The notes below the pieces were generated by a model. That model worked only from the letters and a program-made list of their open reading frames with translations, had not been told where the DNA came from and did no database searches. The position numbers and the translations under genes were made by a program. DNA of 62,747 nucleotides, counting the filler, from Chiloscyllium plagiosum (lineage: Eukaryota), in NCBI RefSeq assembly GCF_004010195.1. It is 4 parts of one record of this genome, joined end to end, with 100 filler letters (N's around TTAATTAATTAA, not from the genome) between each part and the next. Parts side by side here need not be neighbours in the genome. Positions count along the whole stretch, not along the records: positions 1 to 31,107 come from NC_057710.1; 3 more parts are not named here. One strand, given 5' to 3'. Each line of letters opens with the position of its first letter. The stretch's first letter is position 1. Of the stretch, positions 1 through 12,106 are shown in pieces.

Positions 1-320
1 GTCTATAGTTCCCTGGCTTGTCTTTACCACCCTTCTTAAACAGTGGTACCACGTTTGCCAACCTCCAGTCTTTCGGCATCTCACCTGTGACTATCGATGA
101 TACAAATATCTCAGCAAGAGGCCCAGCAATCACTTCTCTATCTTCCCACAGAGTTCTCTGGTACACCTGATCAGGTCCTGGGGATTTATCCACCTTTAAC
201 CGTTTCAAGACATCCAGCACTTCCTCCTCTGTATATCTGGACATATTGCAAGATGTCACCATCAATTTCCCTACAGTCTATATCTTCCATATCCTTTTCC
301 ACAATAAATACTGATGCAAA
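1..320 (-). mobile_element. CR1/HER1-type LINE ORF2 fragment
   Basis: Closely similar to 29426-29747, which lies in the long CR1 copy. Confidence 0.85.
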
Positions 321-476
321 ATGTGAGCAGGGTGAGGGTGGTAATGTGAGCAGGGTGAGGGTGGTAATGTGAGCAGGGTGAGGGTGGTACAGTGAGCAGG
401 ATGAGTGTGATAATGTGAACAGGGTGAGGGTGGTAATGTGAGCAGTGTGAGGATGATATAGTGAAGAGGGTGAGTA
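321..476. repeat. 23-bp tandem repeat (TGTGAGCAGGGTGAGGGTGGTAA), about 6.5 degenerating copies
   Basis: Units start at 322, 345, 368. Confidence 0.9.
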
Positions 477-1269
477 TCCATGTTGTGACTATCCTTTTAA
501 TCCCATGTTTCTTTATAATTTTGTTTGGATGCCTAAGGAGGTATAGTTTTATCCACAGCTTCTCTAATGAACCTACACTAGCTTGCATTTTAGCTTAAAC
601 ATGTAGGGTGACATAGCAACCACAAAATGTTGCATAAACATTTAACTACCTTTGCTACAGTAATTTCTACCCTTTAGGAAATGTAAATGAAGTGTGAGTG
701 AAAAACTGGAAATGGCGCTGTATGAAAATGCACAGTGAATCCATTTAAAGATCAGAAGTATTTTGTAGGTGGGTAGTCACTTCTGTGTTGTTAGGATGCA
801 AGCTCTTGCATTTGTAAGTATTTGGCTCTTGTATTCCAATTCCAAGATGTTGCAAGATGTTAAGAAGGCAAAGACAGCCTTGTGGTTGTTGTTTTCAAAA
901 TGCCCTTCCTTCTTCATATCGGTGTGTGCTACAAAGCATGTTTTTTTTTAATGACACAGACTGGTCTGCCTAGAATGTGCAGCAGCGGATCAAAACTTTA
1001 TTGCTGTCAGCCCATCAAGTGTGGCTAGGCTTCAAAAGATGAAAGGACTCAGTTCCAATCCATTCTCATTCAATACCAAAGTTGTTACAATTTTACTAAT
1101 GGGCAATGATTTCTGTGATTGAGATTGTAAGGTTAATGCCTGTCCTAACACTTAGTCCTAAGCATCAAGAGCTTAGAGGGCTGGTGTTACATACCCCCAT
1201 GGGGTGAATTTTCAGTCAGGACAGATAAAGTTGAACAGGTGTACCAATCCCTTAATATGGTGTGTACAT

Positions 1270-1795
1270 CTAGTGCAGCCACACTTGGAGTATTGTGTAC
1301 AGTTCTGGTCACCACTTTATAGGAAGGATGTGGAAGCTTTGGAAAGGGTTCAGAGATTTACTAGAATCTTGCCTGTAATGGAGGGAAGGTCTTACGAGGA
1401 AAGGCTGAGGGACTTGAGGCTGTTTTCGTGAGAGAGAAGAAGGTTGAGAGGTGACTTAATTGAGACCTATAAGATAATCAGCAGGTTAGATAGGGTGGAC
1501 AGTGAGAGCCTTTTTCTTTGGATGGTGATGGCTAGCATGAGGAGACATAGCTTTAAATTGAGGGGTGATAGATTTAGGACAGATGTCAGAGGTAGTTTCT
1601 TACTCAGAGAGTAGTAGGGGTGTGTAATGGCCTGCCTGCAACAGTAATAGTCTTGCCAACTTTAAGGGCATTTAAATGGGCATTGGATAGGCATACGGAT
1701 GAAAATGTAGGTTAGAATGGCTTCAGATTGGTTTCACAGGTCGGTGCAACATCAATGGCCGAAGGGCCACTGTGCTGTATTGTTCTAGTGTTCTA
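1270..1795 (+). mobile_element. CR1 LINE 3' fragment
   Basis: PHLEYCVQFWSP and RGDLIETYKII motifs plus the GGCCGAAGGGCC 3' UTR and GTTCTA tail. Confidence 0.9.
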
Positions 1796-2349
1796 ATGGA
1801 GGGTAGCCAGTCATCAAAGTCAGTGGCCCACTGACTAGATGAACACAAGTGATTAATTGCCCTGCTCACACAGGCAGGCAGGATCAGTTGGCCCTAATGT
1901 TTAGCTGTTAAAATGGCAGGCAGGTAGGAAGGTACCACCTTGGACAGCGACACTGCCCATTAGGGCCAGAGAATGGTAACTCCCCTTCCTTCTTTCCCAA
2001 CTACTTATTAAAAACCCAAACCCCAGTCCCTTCACTCCCTTACTCTGGTAGGCAAACCCTTCCTGCGCAATGGGGTTCCATTAGGCCTCACACCTCGATC
2101 TGCTTTCTGAGTAGCACCCTCTATGGTGAACTATTGCTGCCGGGACTGTTGACTTGATTACCAGTTTGACTTGATTACCTTACATTTTTCTAAGTATCTG
2201 GCTATAACATCTTTATGAATAATGGTTTCTAATTTCTTCCCTATGACAGATAAACTGATTGGCCTGTAGTTCCTTGCTTTCTGTCTCCCATTTGAATCAA
2301 GGAGTTGCAAGGAGTAACATTTGCTGTCTTTCAATTCTTGTTTTGTTTG

Positions 2350-2672
2350 TTCATGAGATCTATCATTGGTTGGACCAGAATTTATTGGCTATCCCTAATT
2401 GCCCTTTCATTTGAATGGCTTGTTTGACCATTGAAGTGGGCAATTAACCACATTACTGCTGTCACATGTAGGCCAGACCAGGTAAACTTCTCTCCCTCAA
2501 GTGCATTAGTGAACCAGATGGATTTTTACATCAATCAGCAATGGTTACATGGTTACCATTAGGCCAGCTTTTAATTGCAAGGTTATTTTTAAATGGAATT
2601 CAAATGTCACTATCTGCTTAGAAGGATTCAAACCCATGTTCCCCAAGCATTAACCTGGGCTTCTGGATTATT
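2350..2672 (-). mobile_element. Degenerate tRNA-derived SINE (second family)
   Basis: Minus-strand B-box-like GGTTTGAATCC near 2625-2635; its tail resembles the LINE 3' end at 40830-40900. Confidence 0.5.
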
Positions 2673-2944
2673 ACAGAATCAACAGAATATTAACAGAATC
2701 CTCTCCAAATATACACAATATTGTTAACTAGAACCAACGCATTAACTATCTCAGTAGCCACTTCTTTTAAGAACCTAGGAAGAAGTCCACCTGGACCAGT
2801 GAACTTGTAAGATCATAGCTCCAAGAATTGTATCAATTTAACTTCCACCGTGTCCTCAGACTCTCCTAAAATACTTTGCAGCTGACAATCTAGAGTTAAG
2901 CGTCATCATTATTCTGATGTAAAATGGGAATCAGTTTTAACTCA

Positions 2945-3135
2945 GCAATGTTCCCCCAAACAGCAGCAAGATAAATGAAATGGAAGTCTGTTTTAAATGT
3001 TTCTATTTAGGAGATAAATCTTTCTTAGGACACCAGGATTCATGCTTGGAACTTATATGTTGGTCAGAAACTGGAAATGAATGTGGAGCAGAGCTTGAAG
3101 CCATAGCCTTTTAACTCAAGTGCAGGAATGCTACA
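2945..3135 (-). mobile_element. DeuSINE-like remnant
   Basis: AAACAGCAGCAAGATAAATGA...GATAAATC...AGGACACCAGGA resembles the Deu domain as I recall it; degenerate. Confidence 0.35.
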
Positions 3136-3147
3136 AAATTGATAGTG

Positions 3148-3390
3148 TCATAGAGTGACACAGCATGAAAACCAACTATTTGGCCCAACTTGTCCATGCC
3201 AATCATGTTTTTCAAAATAAATTAGTCCCATTTACCTGCACATCACCAAAATCCCTCTAAGCCTTTCCTATTCATGTACCTGTCCAAACACCTTTTAAAT
3301 GTTGTAATTCTATCAGTTTCCACCACTTCCTCTGCCAGCTCATTCCATACACACACCAGTCTCTGTGTGAAAAAATTGCCTTTCAGTTCC
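3148..3390 (-). mobile_element. CR1 LINE 3' end
   Basis: Similar to the CR1 3' ends at 19187 and 28367. Confidence 0.75.
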
Positions 3391-3979
3391 CATTTCTGGA
3401 ATAAACATGAATTTCAAATTGCCACGCAACAGACGAGCTGCTGAAACCCAGAGAAAAACAATATTTTGTTTACTATCTTCACTTCCTTGTTCTCACTCTG
3501 CTCTTAAAGACCCAACCTTAATAAAGAAATATTCTAACGGACTGACAACTCAACCAAATAAACTTGCCCACAAGACCAGGCTAAAAATAGCAGACAGAAA
3601 AGTTGCACACAAAAGCGGATCTTACATGGAAAATGCATAAAGAGAAACAATGTTTTTGTTTTAACATGAATGCTGTCCATGAGATACAACTGTCTCTGAT
3701 GGTATGGTATCAGTTAGTCACAAATGGTGTCCAAGCAGAAAACATTGCACTTCATGTTTTCTGGGTGAGTTATTACAATCAACTGTGCCACTTCCAACCA
3801 TTCTTTAATTCATATAAATAATTGAACAGTTTAAGAATCAGAGGATGGTATTAGCATTTATACAGTGAGTGGAAATGTCACTGTTTGGAGCAAAATAAAT
3901 CTTGCTTTTGCTGAATAGCGAGAAGTATCACTGCAATTTTTTTATCCAGACAGCGTCCTTTAATTATACATCGTTATAG

Positions 3980-4650
3980 GGACATAGGACTTATGAACAT
4001 GAGTAGGCCATTTGGCACTTTGAACCTGCTCTATTACTCAATAATATCATGGCTGATCCAGTTGTGGCCTCGGCTTCCGATCTGCATCCCCTAACCCTCG
4101 ACTCCCCTGTCCAGCAACAATCTGTCCAACTCAGCCTATAATAAATTTAAAGAACTAATCTCCTCTACATTTCAGGAAAGAAAATTCCACATACTATAAC
4201 AACCCTATAACAGAGAAAATTAATATCTTCTCACTTCTGTCTATAAAGGGAGACTGCTTAAACCACGTCCTTTAGTTTTAGTCTCTCCACATTCCCCTGG
4301 AATAAGAGACCGGCAAGTATTTAGAGAGATGTATGTGAATGGCACATTACTTTTGGTGTAGGTGGGGAAGCGAATTGAGTGTGTGAGTAGGCACCGCAGA
4401 AAACATGAAGTGGTGTAGCAGAGTGGGGGAATCTGGAAGAGAGTCAGGAAAATTTGTTGCAATTGTGAGTGCAGTAGAGATAGGCCTAGGTAGAGACAGA
4501 GTGACAGTAAGGTATTGGAGAGAAGGCATTTTTCAAATAATACTTCGAAACTGTACACAATATTTCAGGTATGGTCTCACAAAGGCACTGTACAGCTGCA
4601 ATAACATCTGCCAACTTATATATTCCATTCTGCCTTTAATAACTAACAAA
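3980..4650 (-). mobile_element. Old, interrupted CR1 3' fragment
   Basis: GAGTAGGCCATT 3' UTR motif; ACACAATATTTCAGGTATGGTCTCAC is the reverse complement of the RPxLxYCVQF region. Confidence 0.6.
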
Positions 4651-4657
4651 TTTTAAA

Positions 4658-4772
4658 AAAACACAAAGAACTGCAGATTCTGGAAATCAGAAACAAAAAC
4701 TCTGCAGATCTTTCAGCATCTCTGGAGAGAAAGCAGAGTTAACATTTCAGGTGTGGTGACCCCTTTTCAGGG
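4658..4772 (-). mobile_element. PLE-derived short element, family 2, with degenerate hammerhead
   Basis: Minus strand reads CTGAAAA-GGGGTCACCACACCT-GAAATGTTAACTCTGCTTTCTC, homologous to 24195-24305. Confidence 0.55.
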
Positions 4773-4860
4773 TTCATAAATTAACTCATTTTGGCAGTTG
4801 TTGTATGAACACCAACTGGCATTATTTTTACAAATATCCAAAGTTACTGCTAATTGATTA

Positions 4861-5056
4861 TACGGTGGGTCCCTGATTTAGGAACGTCCGATTTATGAAC
4901 ACTAGTATTTATGAGCGAGGTCTCATTCAAGGGTTAAAAATCACACAACACTTATAGTGGCATCTCCAAATCATTCAAAGGTGTAATTTTAAAGATCTGA
5001 CATTCAAACGGCTTCTTCCAGATTGAACCCATTCTCAAACCAGAGACTGCTTGTAT
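4861..5056. mobile_element. Tigger/mariner-like MITE remnant
   Basis: TA-flanked degenerate TIRs: TACGGTGGGTCCCTGATTTAGGAAC versus TTCTCAAACCAGAGACTGCTTGTA. Confidence 0.4.
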
Positions 5057-5639
5057 TAACTAGCATTAGTGCTGCAGAATTGAGGTTCCATTTTAAATAT
5101 ATTTGACATTAAGGTTGCCATTAACCACTCATTTTGAAGCTGGAGCACCGATACAGACTGGCAATAGTTATTCCCTAGTCAAATGTTTGTTCCGCATGTG
5201 CTAATTTAAACATTTGCATGCCAGCTCATTAAAAGGCGCTGTCACCTGAATTTAGAATGAAGGTAATTTGCCTGAGAAAACAGACAGGAAATATCTTAAT
5301 CAATCAGTGTTTGCACAAGTATGCTTCATTCAAAAATGCTTGATACCCAACAAGATTAAAATCCTGTTCTAACAATCAGCTCAATATATTTCTAGGTATT
5401 ATTAGCAAAGGTGATATTAGATAATGTGGGAATATGATCACCATGATGTAAAAGAGTGGAGCTGACTTGAGGAGCTGAATAGACTATTCTTGTTCCTAAA
5501 TTTCTAACATTAGGTGGAATCTTGTGCTACTCCTGAAAATATGTAGCTTGGAAAACAGTGGAACATAATAGTAACGCAAATCCTACTCTTAGCCTGGAAA
5601 TTGGCTTCCCAATAACAGGATGAAACCATGGGATTAAGT

Positions 5640-6135
5640 TTTCATATGGAAGAAGGCGGGTCAACTCTCTTGCAACAAATGTTAGATGCTCTTTGCAAGT
5701 TTCTGGGAGCGGAAGATTTGAATTATAAGGAGAGGATGGATAGACTGAGACTGTTTTCACTGTACTATAGGAATTTGAGGAGGGTTTTATAAAAATTTTG
5801 AGGGGTCTGGATAAGGTGAACGGCAGATATATTTTCCCTAGGATGGGGAAATTTCAAGATTGAGGGCGCATTTTAAGGAGAAAGATTTAGAAAAGACCAC
5901 GAGGGGCGATTTTTTCACACAGAGAGTGTTTCGTGTGTGGAATGAACTTCCAGAAGAAGTTGTGGGTACAGTTGCAACATTTAATAGACATTTGGATAAG
6001 TACATGAATAAGAAATGTTTGGAGGGATTTGGGCCAAGCACAGGTAAATGGGACTAGTTTAGTTTCGGATTATGGTCGGCATGGACTGGCTGGACCAAAG
6101 AGTCTGTTTCCATGCTGTGTGACTCTATGACTCTG
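5640..6135 (+). mobile_element. CR1 LINE 3' fragment
   Basis: FFTQRVFRVWNELPEEVV..RHLDKYM and ATGACTCT tail repeats. Confidence 0.9.
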
Positions 6136-6451
6136 CGTATTTGTATGGCATGCATGCTCATTGAAGGGGAATTGTCTAAGAATCAACTACATCTTTCTAA
6201 TTACAGTTTGCTGTGAGTGAGAAATACTTCCCTCCTGATTCAGACTGCATCTGGTTGGCATAGAGCAGGCGAGACAGTCAACTTGCTGGAGTTGGAGTGA
6301 ATAGTATTGTTTCCTCCCAGAGGAATGTTGTTAAATGACAGCATGATAAGGTTGGTTGCTGCAGTCAAATTTCAATGGAGCAGGACTGTACAATAGAGAC
6401 AATGAGGGAATAAGGATGCAAAAATCTAAGGTGCTGTCTGAGGCTGGGAAG

Positions 6452-6741
6452 GATTAGATTACTTACAGTGTGGAAACAGGCCCTTCGGCCCAACAAGTCC
6501 ACACTGACCCTCTGAAGAGCAACCCACCCAGACCCATTCCCCTACATTTACCCCTTCATGTAACACTACGGGCAATTTAGCATGGCCAATTTACCTAACC
6601 TGCACATTTTTGGATTGTGGGAGGAAACCGGAGCACCCGGAGGAAACCCACACAGACACGGGGAGAATGTGCAAACTCCGCAGTTGCCTGAGGGTCTCTG
6701 GCACTGTGAGGCAGCAGTGCTAACCACTGTGCCACCGTGCC
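6452..6741 (-). mobile_element. HE1/V-type tRNA-derived SINE
   Basis: GGCACGGTGGCACAGTGGTTAGCACTGC head, V-core TGTGGAGTTTGCACATTCTCCCCGTGTC, TAATC tail; TGGGAA on both flanks. Confidence 0.9.
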
Positions 6742-7064
6742 ATGGGAAAGAGTGGGAAAGAGAGAGAAGAAAGGGTGGAGATCTGCAGAGAAGAGAAAGG
6801 TTTAGTTTCATTGCTGCGGTGATCCTGTTGTTGGAGAAAGCATGACGGACGTTCAGGGTAAAGATTGTCAGAGAGAGAGATATGTTACAATCCCAGACAA
6901 GACGGCCAAATCTTTGTTTTAATTTGGCTTGGACTCAGATATCTTTTATTGGAGTAGGCAAAGTGTAAGATCCACAGTACTGACTAAAAAAAAGACACAA
7001 GATTTCATGATAATGACAAACAACAATAAACCATAACATACAATTGTTTTTAATTAAAAAAAAC

Positions 7065-7232
7065 CATGATGTGGAAGTGCTGGTGTGGGACTGGAGTGGA
7101 CAAAGTCAGCAGTCCTCACTTTCTCCTGGACAAAGTCAGAAGTCAGAGACCACCAGGAGCAGCAATCCAAAAGCTTGCGGTTTTAAATAAACCTGTTGAA
7201 CTATAACCTGGTGTCATGTGATTTCTGACTTT
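7065..7232. mobile_element. PLE-derived short element, family 3, rearranged
   Basis: AAAGCTTG..AAATAAACCTGTTGAACTATAACCTGGTG matches 58968-59035, preceded by an inverted segment. Confidence 0.6.
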
Positions 7233-7886
7233 AATAAAAGAGGGCATAGATTTAAAGTGAGGTTCAAATGAAGAAAGACTGATGTAAAAAGACTTTTTCC
7301 ACACAGAGAGTAGTTTGGGTATGGAATGCAGAGCCTGGAATTGTGGTGAAGGCAGGTTGAAATGAGATGTTTGAGAGGGAATTGGATAATTATTTGGATA
7401 GGAGTCATGTGCAAGTGTGCGAGGGAAAGGCAGGAAGTTGACACTAGGTAACAGAACCCATGCAGGCACAATGAGCCAAATGGCATCCTTCTGTACCGTA
7501 GCAATTCTGTGATTCTGAGTTTCTGAGAACATATTACAATCGATATTATATGCGTGATGTATATTCTAACACCCAGATTTACTGTATGTTAAATATAAGT
7601 GCTAGACCCCACAGCACACACCAAATGTGATCAAGTTAGATCCCCGAGATTTCTCAGCAACTTGACCCAGGCGCTAATGACATGGGGGGTGATCAAATGT
7701 CATTGAACTTTACAAGGGATCATACTTCTCTTTTTTTGATCTGATCTTGAAGCTCCATCATGGATGGCCTCAACAACTGCTTACCTTCCTCCTCAGGGTT
7801 TATATTCGCCTGCACTCTGCACTCCAGCATTTTGCCAGAATCAAAAACTAGTTACTGTACAGAAGGTGGCCATTCAGCCCATTATA

Positions 7887-8324
7887 GGTAAAAACAAAGA
7901 CTGCAGATGCTTGAAACCAGAGTCTAGATTAGAGTGGAGTTTCCAGCATCTGCAGTCCTTGTTTTTACCTAGCTGATTTTAACCCTTTTGCAAGGATGCC
8001 TGCCTTGAAGAAGTTATCCTCCTCTCAACCCCACCGCTCTGTGGCCCAACATTTCAACTCTCCCTCCCACTCTGCCGAGGACATGCAGGTCCTGGGCCTC
8101 CTCCACCACCGCTCCCTCACCACCCGACGCCTGGGTGATGAATGCCTCATCTTCCACCTTGGAACATTTCAACCCCAGGGCATCAATGTGGCTCATGTAT
8201 CTCTTCACTCTGCAGGCACTCTGCCTCTATTCCTGATGAAGGACATTTTGCCTGAAACGTCAATTTTCCTGCTCCTCAGATGCTGCCTGATCTGCTGTGC
8301 TTTTCCAGCATCACTCTAATCTAA
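7887..8324 (+). mobile_element. Internally deleted Penelope-like element: GIY-YIG C-terminal fragment plus hammerhead-bearing terminal repeat
   Basis: AQHFNSPSHS..LGTFQPQGIN peptide; HHR at 8233-8261; inverted 5' segment; 15-bp TSD ATTCA(G/A)CCCATTATA at 7872-7886 and 8325-8339. Confidence 0.85.
8233..8261 (+). ncRNA. Minimal hammerhead ribozyme motif with imperfect stem II
   Basis: CTGATGA-AGGACATTTTGCCT-GAAAC-GTC. Confidence 0.65.
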
Positions 8325-8339
8325 ATTCAACCCATTATA

Positions 8340-9130
8340 TCTACACTGGCCTTCTGAAGGAATGTTATAACTTGGTGCCATTCTTCTGCTTTTCTCTCTT
8401 CACCCTGTCTATTGTTTCTATTCAAATAATCATCTAAATCCCTCTTGAATGCATCTCTGGAACCTACCTCCACTCCTTGGAAGTGAATTCCAAACCCTAA
8501 CTGCTTGCTGTGTGAACATATTGTCTCACGTCACGTTTTCCTCTTTTGCAACTTACTTTAAATCTGTGCCCTCGTGAACCTGATCCCTTCACAAACAAGA
8601 CTAGTTTTGATCTCCTCTACCCAGACTCCTCATGATTTTAAAAACTCTGGAAATCCCTTAGCCCTCTGCTCTTTAAGGAAGACAGTCCTAACTACTCCAC
8701 AACTGCAGTTTTTCATTCTTGGGACCATTCTTATAAACCTCTTCTACATGCTTTCCAATGTGTTCACATTACCTCTGAAGTGTAGCAGAGAGAACTATGC
8801 ACAGCATTCCATTTGAGGCCTAACGAGTGGCTTATATCACTTCATCATAGCTTCTTTGCTCATGCACTTGATGCAGGAAGTAATGAAGTTTCGGAAATTG
8901 CATGTTTTATTAACTGTTCTCTCCACCTCATCTGCCCCCTTTATTGAGTTATGCATTGATACACTTAGATCCCACTGTTCCTGCACACCTTTCAGATGAT
9001 TTCCTTTGTTTTATTCTGCCTCTTTCCACCAAAATGCACCTCCTCACATTTCTCTGCATTAAACTTCACCAACTTGTCAATGTCCTTCATACATCCTACA
9101 GTATCCTTCACATCCTTTACAATTTTGATT
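8340..9130 (-). mobile_element. Old CR1 fragment; its 3' end starts near 7845 and is split by the PLE
   Basis: Minus-strand KFNAEKCEEVHFG motif. Confidence 0.7.
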
Positions 9131-9729
9131 CTGCATTGTTCACAACAGATCTTAAACTGCTGTATGTTTTCCCTTATCCCAATTACATACAACCAATGTA
9201 ATTCAATTGTCTAACTCTTAATTGTTAACAAGCTTCTTTTCAGTTTAGGACATCCCTGAGCATTCCGGCACTTGCTTACAAGCATAATCTGAACTTTCCA
9301 CCAAAGGCCGGCCTATGCCTGGATTTTCTTCCAAACTTCATTTTTTTCTCCTGGCTCAAACAAATACAGCAAACAGGTATCTAACCCCTGCTCTATGGTG
9401 CACTAAACTATTACTTGAGCACTAGCCTCTTTCATGCCCTTCACAGCTCCTAGGACTTTCTTGAACCTTTGCTACAGAGAGCTATTCAGCTGCTCTGGGA
9501 CTTCTGTGAGTCCAGGTGATTGATAGGGAGAGGATAAAAGCTGACTGGAGATTCGTGACCAGTGATGTTCTATAGGATCAGTACTGGGACCCCAGCTATT
9601 TGTCATATATAAAAATAATTGGGAGGAAAATGTACATGGCCTGATTAGTGAGCTTGCAGATGACACAAAGACTGGGGAGCTGTGACAGTGGAGAGGATTC
9701 CCAGAGGGCATAGTTAGGCTGGAGACTTG

Positions 9730-9910
9730 AGTATTTTGCTGGAAAAGCACAGCAGGTCAAGCAGCAAATGAGGAGCAGGAGAATCGAAGTATCAGGCCGG
9801 AGCCGAAACATTGATTCTCCTGCTCCTCGGATGCTGCCTGACCTGCTGTGCTTTTCCAGCAACACACTCTCGACTCTGATCTCCAGCATCTGTAGACCTC
9901 ACTTTCTCCG
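9730..9910. mobile_element. Palindromic PLE-derived insertion, family 1
   Basis: Inverted arms meet at the HHR stem II remnant; exact 14-bp TSD AGGCTGGAGACTTG at 9716-9729 and 9911-9924. Confidence 0.85.
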
Positions 9911-10280
9911 AGGCTGGAGACTTGGCAGATGGAGTTTAATCTGGACAAATGAAAGATGGTGCATTTTGGATGATCTAATGCAGAATGGAAGTATACAGTA
10001 AATGACAGAATGCTTAGTAGCATCAACTTACAGACGGATTTAGGCATATAGGTCAGCAGTTCCCTGAAAGTGGCAACACAAATAGATAAGGTGGTCAAGA
10101 AAGCATATGCTAAGCTTGCCTTCATCGGTTGGGGCATAGAGTATAGAAATTGGCAAGTGGTGTTGCAGCTGTACAGAACTTCAGTTAGGCCACATTTAAA
10201 ATATTGTGTACTGTTCTTGTTACCGCACCATCAAAGGATGTGGAGACTTCAGCGAGTAAATAGAAACGGGTTTACTGGGA

Positions 10281-10569
10281 TTTAGATTTATTACAATGTG
10301 GAAACAGGCCCTTCAGCCCAACAAGTACACACTGACCCTCTGAAGAGCAACCCACCCAGACCCCGACATTTACCTCTTCACCTAACACTACGGGCAATTT
10401 AGCATGGCCAATTCACCTAACCTGAATTTTTGAACTGAGGGAGGAAACCCATGCAGACAGGGGGAGAATGTGCAACCTCCACACAGGACAGCTGCCCAAG
10501 GCGGGAATTGTACCCGAGTCCCTGGCACTGTAAGGCAGCAGTGCTAACCACTGAGTCACCGTGCCGCCC
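10281..10569 (-). mobile_element. HE1/V-type SINE
   Basis: Head, core and tail as in the other copies. Confidence 0.9.
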
Positions 10570-10899
10570 CAGCGATGTTGCCTGGTTTGGAGAGTATTAG
10601 CTATGAGGAAAGATTGGACAAACTTGGTTTGTTTTCACTTGAATGTGAAAGGCTGAGGGAGTGACCTGATAGAAGTTTACAAAATTATGAATGACATGGA
10701 CAGAATTGATAGATGGAACCTTTTCCCCAGGGCAGAAATGTCAGTTACTAGGGCCCAAACTTTAAGGCAAAAGGGGAAAGTTTAAAGGAGATGTGAGAGG
10801 TTAGACTTTTATACAGAGGGTGATAAGTGTCTGGAATACGCTGGCAAAGGAGGTGGTGGAGGTGGATACAATAACAACTTGACAGGTATATGAATATGA

Positions 10900-12106
10900 T
10901 TGATGAGGAAAGGCTGTAGATGTCATACACATGGACTTTAGTAAGGTGTTTGACAAAGCTCCATGGCAGGCTGATGAAGAAGGTGAAGTTGCATGGGGTC
11001 CAGGGAGTTCTAGCTAAATGGATAGAGAACTGGTTGGGCAACAGGAGACAGAGAGTAGTAGTGGAAGGGAGCTTCTCAAAATGGAGACCTATGACCAGTG
11101 GTGTCCCTGCGATATGTGGGGTACCACTGTTGTTTGTGATATACATAAGTGATTTGGAGGAAGGTGTAGGTTGCCTCATTAGCAAGTTTGCAGATGACAT
11201 TAAGATTGGTGGGTTAGCAGATAGTGAAGGGGATTGTCAGAGAATACAGCAGAATTTAGATAGATTGGAGAGTTGGACAGAGAAATGGCAGTTGGAGTTC
11301 AATCTGGACAAATACGAGGTCATGCATTTTGGAAGATGCAATTCAAGAGTGAACTATACAGTAAATGGAAAAGTCCTGGGGAAAATTGATGTACAGAGAG
11401 ATCTGGGTGTTCAGGTCCATTGTTCCCTGAAGGTGGCATTGTAGGTCTGTACAATGGTCAAGCAGGCGTACGGCATGCTTTCCTTCATCGGATGTGGTAT
11501 TGAGTAGAAAAGTTGGCAGCTCGTGTTACAATTGTATAGGACTTTGGTTTGGCCACATTTAGAATACTGCATACAGTTCTGGTCGCCACATTACCGAAAG
11601 GATGTCGATGCTTTGGCGAGGGTGCAGAGGAGGTTCACCAGGATGTTGCCTGGTATGGAAGGTTCTAGCTATGAGGAGAGGTTGGGTAGATTAGTATTAT
11701 TTTCATTGGAAAGGAGGAGTTTGGGAAGCCCTGATTGAGGCCTACAAAATCATGAGAGGTGTAGGCAGCGTGGATAGCAAGAAACTTTTTCCCAGAGTGG
11801 GGGACTCAATTATTCGGGATCATGAGTTCAAAGTGAGTAGGGTAAAGTTTAAGGGAGATACACGTGGGAAGTTCTTTAAGCAGAGGTTGGTGGGTGCTGG
11901 AATGCATTGCCAGCAGAGGTGGTAGGGGCATGGACAATAGCATCATTTAAGATGTATCTAGACAGATACATGAATGGGCAGAGAACAAAGGGATACAGAT
12001 CCTGAGAGAATAGGTGGTAGGTTTAGATAGAGGATCTGGATTGGTGCAGGGTTGGAGGACTGAAGGGCTTGTTGCTGTGCTGTAAGGTTCTTTGTTCTTT
12101 GTTCTA
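10900..12106 (+). mobile_element. CR1 LINE RT-to-3' end fragment with frameshifts
   Basis: WIENWL..RRQRVVV, SKFADD and PHLEYCIQFWSP motifs; GTTCTTT tail. Confidence 0.92.

Larger units (their letters stand above)
9500..10900 (+). mobile_element. CR1 RT/3' fragment interrupted by a PLE palindrome and a SINE
   Basis: GSVLGPQLFVIY, LADDTK and QLYRTSVRPHLKYCV motifs. Confidence 0.85.

Noticed and set aside
97..588. His/Pro-rich ORFs
   Set aside because: Produced by the 23-bp repeat and CR1 antisense sequence.
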